Position numbers and translations under genes: made by a program | Part shown: piece by piece, positions 1 to 7,833 of the stretch | Position numbering within the stretch: the stretch's first letter is position 1 | How the letters are laid out: each line of letters opens with the position of its first letter | The notes under the pieces: model-generated | Seen by the model: the letters and a program-made list of their open reading frames with translations, nothing else | Told to the model about the DNA's origin: nothing | Database searches by the model: none | Source: an uncultured Verrucomicrobiota bacterium | Lineage (GTDB): Bacteria; Verrucomicrobiota; Kiritimatiellia; JAAZAB01 | Assembly: GCA_964418925.1 (NCBI GenBank) | Contig: CAYQNY010000002.1 | Span: 1 to 44,072, forward strand | Reading direction: 5' to 3' | Length of the DNA stretch: 44,072 nucleotides

Positions 1-1
1 G

Positions 2-475
2 CAACTGGCTACCCGCCGCTGGAAGCGTCCCCTTTACCTGGCTACCGCGGAAGTGAAGGATGAGGAAATGGCCCAACGGGTTCAGGCGCACCGCCAGGCG
101 CGCGGCGCGCGCTGGTGGTGTGTCGAGGAACCGCTGGATATTGCCAATGTAATCACCAACAGCACGGCTGATACCGACGGTATCCTGGTGGACTGCCTGA
201 CACTCTGGCTTTCCAATGTTCTCCTGCAGGAAGGCGAGGATACCTATAAGAAACGCCGACAGGCCCTGCTGGACGCAGTGCGGAATATCCACCGGAACCT
301 GATCCTGGTCGGCAATGAAGTCGGCATGGGTATTGTTCCCGAGCATGAGTTGGGCCGGAAATTCCGGGACCTGGCCGGCTGGCTCCATCAGGACCTGGCG
401 GTCGCCATGGACACTGTTGTTCTGGTTGTCGCCGGCCTGCCGCTGGCGTTGAAAGGAACTTTGCCGAAGTGCTAA
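2..475 (+). CDS. cobU: adenosylcobinamide kinase / adenosylcobinamide-phosphate guanylyltransferase (CobU/CobP), 5'-truncated by window edge
   Basis: The reading frame is open from nt 2 (QLATRRWKRPLYLATAEVKDEEM...) into ORF 53..475. The C-terminal two-thirds of the CobU family is recognisable ('ILVDCLTLWLSN', 'LVGNEVGMGIVPE', 'GRKFRDLAGWLHQ'). The P-loop N-terminus lies upstream of the window. cobT and cobS follow. Confidence 0.85.
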   Translation, partial: QLATRRWKRPLYLATAEVKDEEMAQRVQAHRQARGARWWCVEEPLDIANVITNSTADTDGILVDCLTLWLSNVLLQEGEDTYKKRRQALLDAVRNIHRNLILVGNEVGMGIVPEHELGRKFRDLAGWLHQDLAVAMDTVVLVVAGLPLALKGTLPKC

Positions 476-567
476 GAATGTCCGGTGTAAGCGGTCGGTT
501 GGGTTTATGCGATATCTTAATGTGGGAGCCGCTTTAATGCGGCGATTATTGAAATGGTTTATAGTAA

Positions 568-819
568 ATGTACCCCCATTCTTCCAATTTGCGTTTACAT
601 CGTGTGAAAGACATTCCGTCAACCTTTTTTATTACCAAATGTGTATGGCCTCGTATTCCTGTACTCAATCCAGATTTACGATCTATGGTCTGCCGTGCTT
701 TTCTTTTCTCAGCAGAAAGTCAGCGAATTGTTTTACGGGCTTTCGTAGTCATGCCCGATCACTGGCATATGCTCATGGGATTGCTCCATGATTGGACATT
801 GCCGCTCGAAAAAGATTAA
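568..819 (+). pseudogene. truncated RAYT-like / IS200-like HUH tyrosine transposase relic (N-terminal ~83 aa only)
   Basis: Carries the 'STFFITKCVWPR' first-strand motif and the 'VVMPDHWHMLMG' HUH motif typical of Y1 transposases/RAYTs. The ORF stops about 20 aa after the HUH, so the Tyr-bearing C-terminal half is absent. No continuation exists in other frames before cobT. The segment is visibly AT-richer than the flanking cob genes. GC hairpins flank it at 528..543, 833..849 and 864..879. Confidence 0.55.
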
Positions 820-906
820 AATATACATCGCGACCCCGCTTTGCGGGGTAAACATAAAGCTTGCCATGCTTCAGCATGGTCGCTCCCACATTACATAAGG
901 AAAACC

Positions 907-1971
907 ATGAAACATCATGATTTGTTCAATCAGACGATTCAAGCCATCCACCCCATCTCCCCCGCCTGGATCGATAAGGCTTTTCAGCGCCTGGATTCGC
1001 TGACCAAGCCCCGGCGCAGTCTGGGATACCTGGAGGACATAGCGGCGCGGATGGCGGCTATTCTTCAACAGGAGCGGCCCCGCATTGCACGCAAACGCGT
1101 GTTTGTGTTTGTCGGCGACCATAAAGTGGTGGAGGAAGGTGTAAGCGCATACCCCTCGGCAGTTACCACCTTGATGGTAAAAAATTTCCTGGCCGGAGGC
1201 GCCGCCATCAATGTGCTGGCTAAACAGGCCGGAGCCAGGATTGAAGTAATCGACATTGGCATGGCGGAAGATCTGGGCCGTGTGAAGGGATTACAAAGGC
1301 ATAATATCAAGCGGGGCGCCGACAATATTGCCCGAGGTCCGGCCATGACTGTCAAAGAAACTTTAAGAGCTATTGCGGTGGGCATTAGACGGGCTAACAA
1401 GGCGGCGGATCGCAAGGTTACTTTGATGGCCACCGGTGAGATGGGGATCGGCAACACCACGCCGGCGGCGGCTCTCTTTTCCGTCTGGTTGAACCTGCCG
1501 GCCGATCAGACCGTTGGCGCCGGCACAGGGCTTGATCCCCAGGGTGTCAGCAAAAAGGTCCGGGTGGTGGAAACCGCCATCGCAGAGAATCGTTCCCGCT
1601 GTGCGGACGCCCTCAACACGCTGGCAGCCCTGGGCGGCTTGGAAATCGCCGGGATTTGCGGTCTATGCCTTGGCGCCGCCGCCCGCGCCCGGCCGGTGGT
1701 GGTGGACGGATTCATTTCCAGCGCCGGCGCCCTGGCCGCGATGCGGATCTGTCCGGCGGTCAAGGACTACCTTTTTTTCGCCCACATGAGCGCCGAAACC
1801 GGTCATCATAAATTTTTTGAGCAGGAAAAGCTCCGGCCGGTGGTGGATCTTGGCATGCGTTTGGGCGAAGGCACCGGCGCGGCTATAGCCATGCAAATTA
1901 TCGAGGATGCCGTCGCCATCTATAATGACATGGCAACATTCGCCAACGCGGGTATCACGCCCGGCGCGTGA
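907..1971 (+). CDS. cobT: nicotinate-nucleotide--dimethylbenzimidazole phosphoribosyltransferase
   Basis: ATG at 907 is preceded by 'aaggaaaacc'; the track ORF begins at an upstream TTG at 841. Length is 354 aa. CobT-family motifs are present: 'GEMGIGNTTPAAAL', 'GAGTGLD', 'DLGMRLGEGTGAA'. Confidence 0.9.
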   Translation: MKHHDLFNQTIQAIHPISPAWIDKAFQRLDSLTKPRRSLGYLEDIAARMAAILQQERPRIARKRVFVFVGDHKVVEEGVSAYPSAVTTLMVKNFLAGGAAINVLAKQAGARIEVIDIGMAEDLGRVKGLQRHNIKRGADNIARGPAMTVKETLRAIAVGIRRANKAADRKVTLMATGEMGIGNTTPAAALFSVWLNLPADQTVGAGTGLDPQGVSKKVRVVETAIAENRSRCADALNTLAALGGLEIAGICGLCLGAAARARPVVVDGFISSAGALAAMRICPAVKDYLFFAHMSAETGHHKFFEQEKLRPVVDLGMRLGEGTGAAIAMQIIEDAVAIYNDMATFANAGITPGA

Positions 1972-2036
1972 CAGGACAGTAACCAGTAAGCAGTTAACGA
2001 AGAACAACGAACCAAGCACCTGGAACATCATTGATT

Positions 2037-2807
2037 ATGTTTTTCGACGGATTCATCACGGCGTTCAAGACACTCACCATTGTCCCCCTGCCGGGCAAGG
2101 AATCAGGACCGATCGCCAATTCCCTGTATTACTTCCCGCTGGTCGGAGCGTTGATCGGCGGGGTGGTGACGCTGGCAGCCTGGCTGATCGGCGATCTCCT
2201 CGCATGGACAATGGGCGCCGGTATCGTCGGCATCGTGATCGCCACCTGGATCACGGGCGGCCTGCATCTTGACGGCTTGGGCGATGTTGCTGACGCCTAT
2301 AGTCCCGGCCGGACGCGGAATCGCATGCTCGAAATCATGAAGGACCCTCACATGGGGGCCTTCGGTGTGACCGGGATTGTCTGCGTTCTGCTGGTGAAGA
2401 CCATCGCCCTGGCACACCTGGTCCAGCTGGGCCAATGGGTCTGGATTCCAATACCCTTTATCCTCTCACGGACGATCATGGTTCTGCCGGCCGTGCTACT
2501 TCCTTATGCCCGGCTGGAAGGCGGCACCGCCGAAATGTTTGTTAACAACGCCCGAGCGTCTCATTTGATTGTAGCCGGACTCCTGGCCCTGGGATGCTGC
2601 GCCCTGTTGACCGGAATCGCCGGCGGGATAATTTTTGCCTTCGCGCTCATTATAGGCTACGGATTAGTCCGCTGGATGAAGCATATTTTCGGTGGTGTGA
2701 CCGGTGACCTGTTGGGAATGTCCAATGAGATGATCGAAACTATTCTGCTTTTTGCGTTGGCGGCTGGCAGGCCGTATTTGGATGCTATCCATGCATGCAT
2801 GTTCTGA
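2037..2807 (+). CDS. cobS: adenosylcobinamide-GDP ribazoletransferase (cobalamin synthase)
   Basis: ATG at 2037, with TTG at 2031 as an alternative start. Polytopic membrane protein with 'LTIVPLP', 'YFPLVGALIGG' and 'GGLHLDGLGDVADA', characteristic of CobS. Confidence 0.9.
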   Translation: MFFDGFITAFKTLTIVPLPGKESGPIANSLYYFPLVGALIGGVVTLAAWLIGDLLAWTMGAGIVGIVIATWITGGLHLDGLGDVADAYSPGRTRNRMLEIMKDPHMGAFGVTGIVCVLLVKTIALAHLVQLGQWVWIPIPFILSRTIMVLPAVLLPYARLEGGTAEMFVNNARASHLIVAGLLALGCCALLTGIAGGIIFAFALIIGYGLVRWMKHIFGGVTGDLLGMSNEMIETILLFALAAGRPYLDAIHACMF

Positions 2808-2848
2808 CAGTCATTCATCCAGGCTCCCGATCCCAATCGATGGCAACT

Positions 2849-2900
2849 GCCGTTCTGGCGAACGGCCTGCCTTCGCTCGGATAGCTTCGGCGGGCAGGCC
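2849..2900. repeat. REP-like GC hairpins in the cobS-btuF spacer
   Basis: Hairpin 1 is 'gccgttc-tggc-gaacggc' (2849..2866). Hairpin 2 pairs 'ggcctgcc' with 'ggcaggcc' (2864..2900). The same gccgttc/gaacggc stem recurs in the element at 20566..20646. Confidence 0.45.
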
Positions 2901-2943
2901 CCTACATAATACATACCGTGAAAATAAAGAATGTAACGGTAGG

Positions 2944-3981
2944 CTGATTCCGCCCAAGGACGGACAAGCCCGCCGCTGGCGGAAATTTCTCCTGCATTGC
3001 GAATGGATACATATCGCTGGTCTGGCTTGCCTGTGCTTGCTCACGGGATGTTATCGCGCGCCGGAACCGGTTCCCGGCTCCACCGGAGACCACGCGCCAC
3101 GCGTGGTCTCCCTGGCGCCCAGTCTGACGGAAATCATCTGCGCCCTTGGCGCGGAACAACAGCTCATCGGCCGTACCAGCGCCTGCGATTATCCGCCGGA
3201 TAAGATCAAGGCTATTCCTGTGATCGGCGGATTTGGCGCGCCGTCCCTGGATCTTCTGCTGAAAATCCAACCGACGCTGGTTTTGGACGTGGATTTGCGG
3301 GATGCATCCGTGGGCAAAATGATTGATCAAATCGGTCTGCAACATCAGCGGATTGCCTGCTCAACCGTGGACGATATTCCCCGGGCCATTACCCAGGTCG
3401 GACATCTTTTGCATGCCACAGCGTCAGCCTGTGCCCTGGCCGATCCGATTTGTCGCCGTATCGTTGCTCTGCGCCGGGAAGCGGAACGCCGCCAAGCTTC
3501 CGGTCAGCCACTGCCGTCCATTTTCGTTGAAATCTGGGACAGCCCGCTGACTACGGTTGGCAAAGACTCTTTTATTTCCGACCTGATTTCCCTGGCCGGC
3601 GGCCGCAACCTCGGCGATGAAGTCGCGCATAAAGATTACTTTTCGGTTTCATCTGAATGGGTGATTGCCCGGGACCCGGACGTGATTTTATGCCTCTATA
3701 TGACCAAGAACAGAGAAACCAGAGGTTTACCCGCCGTAGCCAGGCCTGCCCAACGAAGCCTTGGCGAAGTTGGGAGCGAAGGGACGGCGAGGGCGGATTC
3801 ACAATTGACCGCGGCTTGGAGCCGGGTGGCGGCGCGAACGGGTTGGGTGGGAATCAAGGCGGTGAAAAATCATCGCGTTTACGGCGAACTGGATGATAGC
3901 GTGATCCTGCGGCCGGGTCCCCGGATTCTGGAAGGCATTGAAGCACTGCGGCAGTGCATCCTTCTGCCGGCTGGAACCTAA
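2944..3981 (+). CDS. btuF: periplasmic cobalamin/siderophore-type substrate-binding lipoprotein (BtuF-like); start codon uncertain
   Basis: PBP family motifs are present: 'RVVSLAPSLTEIICALG', 'IGRTSACDYP', 'LKIQPTLVL', 'DPDVIL', 'AVKNHRVY'. A lipobox 'LLTGC' places the Cys at 3049. There is no in-frame ATG between 2791 and the lipobox, so a non-ATG start (CTG 2944, ATT 2947 or CTG 2992) is inferred. The end coordinate is firm. Confidence 0.75.
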   Translation: MIPPKDGQARRWRKFLLHCEWIHIAGLACLCLLTGCYRAPEPVPGSTGDHAPRVVSLAPSLTEIICALGAEQQLIGRTSACDYPPDKIKAIPVIGGFGAPSLDLLLKIQPTLVLDVDLRDASVGKMIDQIGLQHQRIACSTVDDIPRAITQVGHLLHATASACALADPICRRIVALRREAERRQASGQPLPSIFVEIWDSPLTTVGKDSFISDLISLAGGRNLGDEVAHKDYFSVSSEWVIARDPDVILCLYMTKNRETRGLPAVARPAQRSLGEVGSEGTARADSQLTAAWSRVAARTGWVGIKAVKNHRVYGELDDSVILRPGPRILEGIEALRQCILLPAGT

Positions 3982-4042
3982 GAACACTTACCCCCTGCCG
4001 ACTTGTACCCAGAGGAATGCCATCGCATCCAGAAATGCCATC

Positions 4043-4067
4043 CCCCTGTCGGCTTGTCCGGCAGGGG
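4043..4067. terminator. 10-bp-stem hairpin between convergent btuF and the tandem HUH gene
   Basis: 'cccctgtcgg-cttgt-ccggcagggg', with one G-T pair. No U-tract on either side. A 14/16 direct copy of its left arm sits at 3991..4006. It could be a terminator or a subterminal IS-type hairpin. Confidence 0.3.
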
Positions 4068-4068
4068 A

Positions 4069-4980
4069 TCATGACTGTCTGGCAATACGCCGGATGACCT
4101 CCAGATTATACTCACTGAACGTCCCCGCATAATACCCGTCCTGCCATGCCCGACACCCTGCCGCCCGCGCCAGCCCGTTCTGAAACGCCAGCGCAATATC
4201 TTCCGGCGACCGCTCGATATTACCACGCAGAGCCATGTGCACATGATCCGGCATCACGGACAAGGCCACAATCCGGTGTCCGTTCTCTACAGCCACTCCC
4301 AGGGCCGCATCTCGTAACGAGCCCAGCCGCTCGGGATTCGTGATGCGAAATCGGTTGGCAACCACCAGCACTAGATGCAAATTATACCAGTACCGGCCGC
4401 TATTGGACTCCGCGGGCTCGGCCAAGAGCGTGGCATCGCGCACCACGGTAAATTGCCGCATGATCTCCCGAAAACGCGGATCGGCGAAGTCCTCCTTGCC
4501 GACCTGCCCGTGGATATAATTTCCGACTACATCGTCGGTGTTCTCGCCAAGACTGCGGAATGCCACTTTGCGGCTGAACTTAACCGGCACGTCTTTCTTC
4601 CGGAGCGCATATTGCAGTCGCCCTTTAACCCGCATGCAGAAAAACACTGGGCTGATTTGCGGCGTGACGCTGAAAAGAAGCTGAACCTTCTCTGCTGTGG
4701 CGTGGAATGTTAGCAGGTTCAGGCCGTCCGGCTTCCAAATGGGCGCGGTCGCGCGGGCAACGGCCACGGTCTGCGGCGAGAGTCGCGTGTCTTGGGTCGG
4801 CCAGCCGGTCCAGTCGTAGTGGAGGGTGTATGTAGGGTGGACGTTATGGCTGGTGTATCGCTCCGGCCGGACAAGCCGGCCGGGCGCGTTGCTCGGTGGG
4901 TCTGCTCGACCGGGTATGTTCTCCGGCGGGCTTGCCCCGCCGGGAACGAAGATTATTCTCCGACTATCACGCTTGGACAT
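4069..4980 (-). CDS. tandem (two-domain) IS200/IS605-type HUH-Y1 transposase-like protein
   Basis: Half 1 (aa ~48-160): 'YTLHYDWTGW', 'AEKVQLLFSV', 'RVKGRLQYALRK', 'FRSLGENTDDVVGNYIHGQ'. Half 2 (aa ~196-303): 'YWYNLHLVLVV', 'SVMPDHVHMALRG', 'AWQDGYYAGTFSEYNLEVIRRIARQS'. Both follow the TnpA(IS200) order of motifs. The gene lies antisense between btuF and btuC. Confidence 0.6.
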   Translation of the reverse strand: MSKRDSRRIIFVPGGASPPENIPGRADPPSNAPGRLVRPERYTSHNVHPTYTLHYDWTGWPTQDTRLSPQTVAVARATAPIWKPDGLNLLTFHATAEKVQLLFSVTPQISPVFFCMRVKGRLQYALRKKDVPVKFSRKVAFRSLGENTDDVVGNYIHGQVGKEDFADPRFREIMRQFTVVRDATLLAEPAESNSGRYWYNLHLVLVVANRFRITNPERLGSLRDAALGVAVENGHRIVALSVMPDHVHMALRGNIERSPEDIALAFQNGLARAAGCRAWQDGYYAGTFSEYNLEVIRRIARQS

Positions 4981-5200
4981 GTTTTCAGGCCTCTTGCTTG
5001 CTGCTCACCCTTTACCGCGCCGCCCATTATGCGTTCCTTCCGGCACAATATCAATGCCTCTCCCCGGCCATACCTAAGATTGAGGCAAAAGGCGCTTGAT
5101 TTATTGATTGTATATAAGGTTGATCTCACTATGCTTACTGGTGTTTGGGTGCTATTCAGGTATAAATTTCCGAAGGGAAGCTGCCTTGGGACGGCGAGGG

Positions 5201-6184
5201 ATGATGGAATTACGAATGAAACGATCCGTCATAGTGTGGTGGCTGTTCCTGCTGTCGCCCCTGGTCCTGGGCGCCTGCGTCCTGGCAGGCGCGACAGGCA
5301 TCAGCGGCTTGGACTGGCACACGGCGACGGGACGCGCGATCTTCTGGCTGAGGGTTCACCGGGTGGCCGCAGGATTCGTGATCGGAGCGGGGCTTTCCTG
5401 TTCCGGCGTCGTTCTGCAGGCGCTGTTGCGCAACCCGTTGGCCGATCCGTATATTCTGGGCGTGAGCAGTGGCGCCGGACTGGGCGCCGCCCTGGTCATC
5501 GTGTCGGGCTTTGCCGTCGCCGGCCTGCTGCCCGTCAGCGCGTTTCTCGCCGCGATCCTCACGCTGAGCGTAGTGATTCTCCTGGCGCGCAACGGTGGTG
5601 CTCCGTCGATTTACGGTCTCCTGCTCAGCGGGGTCATCGTCAGTTCGATGTGCTCGAGCATGCTGATGCTGATTATTTCCCTGGCGTCGGCGGAAGGTCT
5701 GCACAGTATTACCTGGTGGATGCTCGGGAATCTGCAGATCGTTTCCTCGTCCCTGCTGATGATCAGCGGAACGCTGATTATTCTGGGAGCGCTCGGAATC
5801 TGGGGGCTGGCCCGCAATCTCAACGCGCTGACCCTGGGCCGCGAGATGGCGCATCACCTCGGCATCCGCACGGGCGTTGCCGTTACCCTGGCCCTGGCCC
5901 TGGCTACCCTGACGACGGCCGCCTCGGTGGGGCTGGCGGGACTGATCGGTTTTGTCGGCCTGATTGTCCCGCATCTCATGCGCAGTCTGGTGGGACCTGA
6001 TCACCGCCGGCTGGTCCCCGCGGCGGCCCTCGCCGGCGGTTGGTTCCTGGCCCTGTGCGATGCGCTGGCCCGCACGGCTCTCGCCCCGGTTGAGATTCCA
6101 GTGGGTGTAATCACCGCTTTGATCGGCGGCCCCTTTTTTCTTATCCTGCTCCGGCGCCGGCGTAAACACGGGTGGGTGGAATGA
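5201..6184 (+). CDS. btuC: FecCD-family ABC permease (BtuC-like)
   Basis: ATG at 5201 follows 'ggcgaggg'. Multi-TM protein with 'LGVSSGAGLGAAL', 'TLGREMAHHLGI', 'GLIGFVGLIVPHLMR' and 'GGPFFLILLRRR'. Confidence 0.87.
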   Translation: MMELRMKRSVIVWWLFLLSPLVLGACVLAGATGISGLDWHTATGRAIFWLRVHRVAAGFVIGAGLSCSGVVLQALLRNPLADPYILGVSSGAGLGAALVIVSGFAVAGLLPVSAFLAAILTLSVVILLARNGGAPSIYGLLLSGVIVSSMCSSMLMLIISLASAEGLHSITWWMLGNLQIVSSSLLMISGTLIILGALGIWGLARNLNALTLGREMAHHLGIRTGVAVTLALALATLTTAASVGLAGLIGFVGLIVPHLMRSLVGPDHRRLVPAAALAGGWFLALCDALARTALAPVEIPVGVITALIGGPFFLILLRRRRKHGWVE

Positions 6185-7467
6185 ACCAGGCTTTTGCATT
6201 GGAACAGGTATCGGCCGGCTATCAGCGGACCCCTATTTTCCGGAATCTGCAACTGGCGGTGACTGAAGGCGAAATGGTGGCGTTGCTCGGTCCCAACGGC
6301 GCCGGCAAGTCCACCTTGTTACGCGTGCTCACCGGCCTGCTGACGCCGACGGCCGGCACTATCCGCCTGTTTGGCCAGGATGTGAATAAACTGCGCGCCG
6401 CGGAGCGCGCCCGGCTCATCGCCGTGGTGCCGCAGGAACTAAAAACCCCGATGGCCTATACCGTCGCGGAACTGGTGCTGATGGGGCGCACCGCCCTGTT
6501 GAATCCCTGGCGTCAGCCCTCTGCCGTCGATAGCCAGGTGGTGGAACGCGCCATGGTCTACACGGATGTGAGCGATCTCAGCAACCGTTCCCTGGACGCG
6601 CTCAGCGGCGGGGAAAAACAGCGGGCCGTCATTGCCATGGCCCTGGCCCAGGAACCCCGCATAATAGTGATGGACGAACCCACCACGCATCTTGATTTGA
6701 ACCACTCGCTTGAAATCATGCAAATCATCGAGCGCCTGAACCGGGAACAGGGCGTGACAGTTATGATGACCAGCCATGATCTGAACATGGCGGCCGAGTT
6801 CTGTCAGCGACTGATCCTGCTGGACCAGGGACAGGTGGTGGCCGACGGCACGCCCGAGGCCGTGCTGAAGGAGGAGATTTTGCGGGAGGTGTATCACTGC
6901 GACCTGCGCGTCCGGAAAGACACGCCAACCGGCGCGCTGTTTGTGGCGCCCGCCCGCCGCCCGCCACTGCCCCGGCCGGCGACTGCCATGCGGGTGCACG
7001 TCATTGCCGGCGGCGGCAGTGGCGGGGAGCTGCTGCGCCAACTGGCCCTGTGCGGCTATCGCGTCACTTGCGGTGTGCTGAATCAAATGGATTCCGATGC
7101 CCGGGCGGCAGAAGCCCTGGGCATGGTGCAAATCATGGAAAAACCGTTTTCTCCTATTGGCCCCGAGGCGTTGAGCCAGGCCAAACATCTGGCAACGGAC
7201 GCTGCGGCGGTCATTCTCTGTGAAGTGCCGTTTGGTCCCGGCAATCTCATCAACCTGGAAATCGCCGAGGACGCGCTCCAAAAGGGTATTCCCGTGCTGA
7301 TCAACGATCGCAACCTGGAAAAACGGGATTATACAGCAGGCCAGAACGTCGTCGCCAGGATCCGGCAGTTAATTCAATCCGGCGCCATCTGCTGGCGCCA
7401 GGGCAACGTAGCCCTCACTGCCCTGGCCCGCTTATCCGGCAGTGCCCCCCGGCAATCATCGCCATAA
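6181..7467 (+). CDS. btuD: ABC transporter ATPase (BtuD/FepC-like) fused to a ~160-aa C-terminal domain of unknown function
   Basis: ATG at 6181 overlaps the btuC stop (ATGA). Motifs: Walker A 'GPNGAGKST', signature 'LSGGEKQR', Walker B 'IIVMDEPTTHLD', H-loop 'TSHD'. After a Pro-rich linker ('RRPPLPRPA') an extra alpha/beta-looking domain starts at 'MRVHVIAGGGSGGELL' (nt 6988). Confidence 0.85.
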   Translation: MNQAFALEQVSAGYQRTPIFRNLQLAVTEGEMVALLGPNGAGKSTLLRVLTGLLTPTAGTIRLFGQDVNKLRAAERARLIAVVPQELKTPMAYTVAELVLMGRTALLNPWRQPSAVDSQVVERAMVYTDVSDLSNRSLDALSGGEKQRAVIAMALAQEPRIIVMDEPTTHLDLNHSLEIMQIIERLNREQGVTVMMTSHDLNMAAEFCQRLILLDQGQVVADGTPEAVLKEEILREVYHCDLRVRKDTPTGALFVAPARRPPLPRPATAMRVHVIAGGGSGGELLRQLALCGYRVTCGVLNQMDSDARAAEALGMVQIMEKPFSPIGPEALSQAKHLATDAAAVILCEVPFGPGNLINLEIAEDALQKGIPVLINDRNLEKRDYTAGQNVVARIRQLIQSGAICWRQGNVALTALARLSGSAPRQSSP

Positions 7468-7486
7468 GGAATTTTTTGTCCCTAAC

Positions 7487-7737
7487 GAGACTGTCGAAAA
7501 ATATGCCCAAGAACGGCCACGACAGAGCCCTTCGACAGGCTCAGGGCCTTGAGCAAAGTCGAAACGGCGTGGCCCTCCAAAATACATGTAAAACAGGCAT
7601 TATTATAATGAAGGGACGCGTCCCGCCCAACGCGGGACAAGCTTTGTTTACCACGCGTTTCGCGTGGTCGCGTGCTACTCTGCGAAGTAAAGCCTTTGCT
7701 ATGCAGCACAAGTCTGGATGGGTTATTCGACAGTCTC
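7487..7737. repeat. ~250-bp composite palindromic element bounded by perfect 12-bp inverted repeats
   Basis: 'gagactgtcgaa' (7487..7498) is the reverse complement of 'ttcgacagtctc' (7726..7737). The interior carries a REP-like unit 'ttcgacaggctcagggccttgagcaaagtcgaaacggc' (7531..7568). It also has hairpins 'gtcccgc-ccaac-gcgggac' (7620..7638) and 'accacgcg-ttt-cgcgtggt' (7650..7668). Located between convergent btuD and epmA. Confidence 0.45.
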
Positions 7738-7833
7738 AAAGAAACGCTTCGCAGGCTTAATATCCGGTTCGCTGAACTCGACAACCAGATCAACATCGCT
7801 TGTTGGGTTGCGGGCAACAACCAACCTTAAGTA

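Noticed and set aside
2752-2943. The ATG-initiated N-terminal extension of BtuF offered by the ORF track (start 2752, 2782 or 2791).
   Set aside because: It would place about 85-100 aa in front of the lipoprotein signal peptide. It would also translate through REP-like hairpins (2849..2900) and the cobS 3' end. A downstream non-ATG start is more plausible, though unproven.
4792-7281. Long alternative-frame and antisense ORFs over btuC/btuD (4792..6000 +, 402 aa; 5210..6199 -, 329 aa; 6439..7281 -, 280 aa). Similar ones occur elsewhere (16645..17250 -, 24188..25006 +, 40066..40932 +, 42517..43380 +, 43367..43954 -).
   Set aside because: Their composition is Arg/Gly/Pro/Ala-rich and low in complexity, with no recognisable motifs. 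Each fully overlaps an ORF with clear family signatures. These are the typical shadow ORFs of GC-rich DNA.
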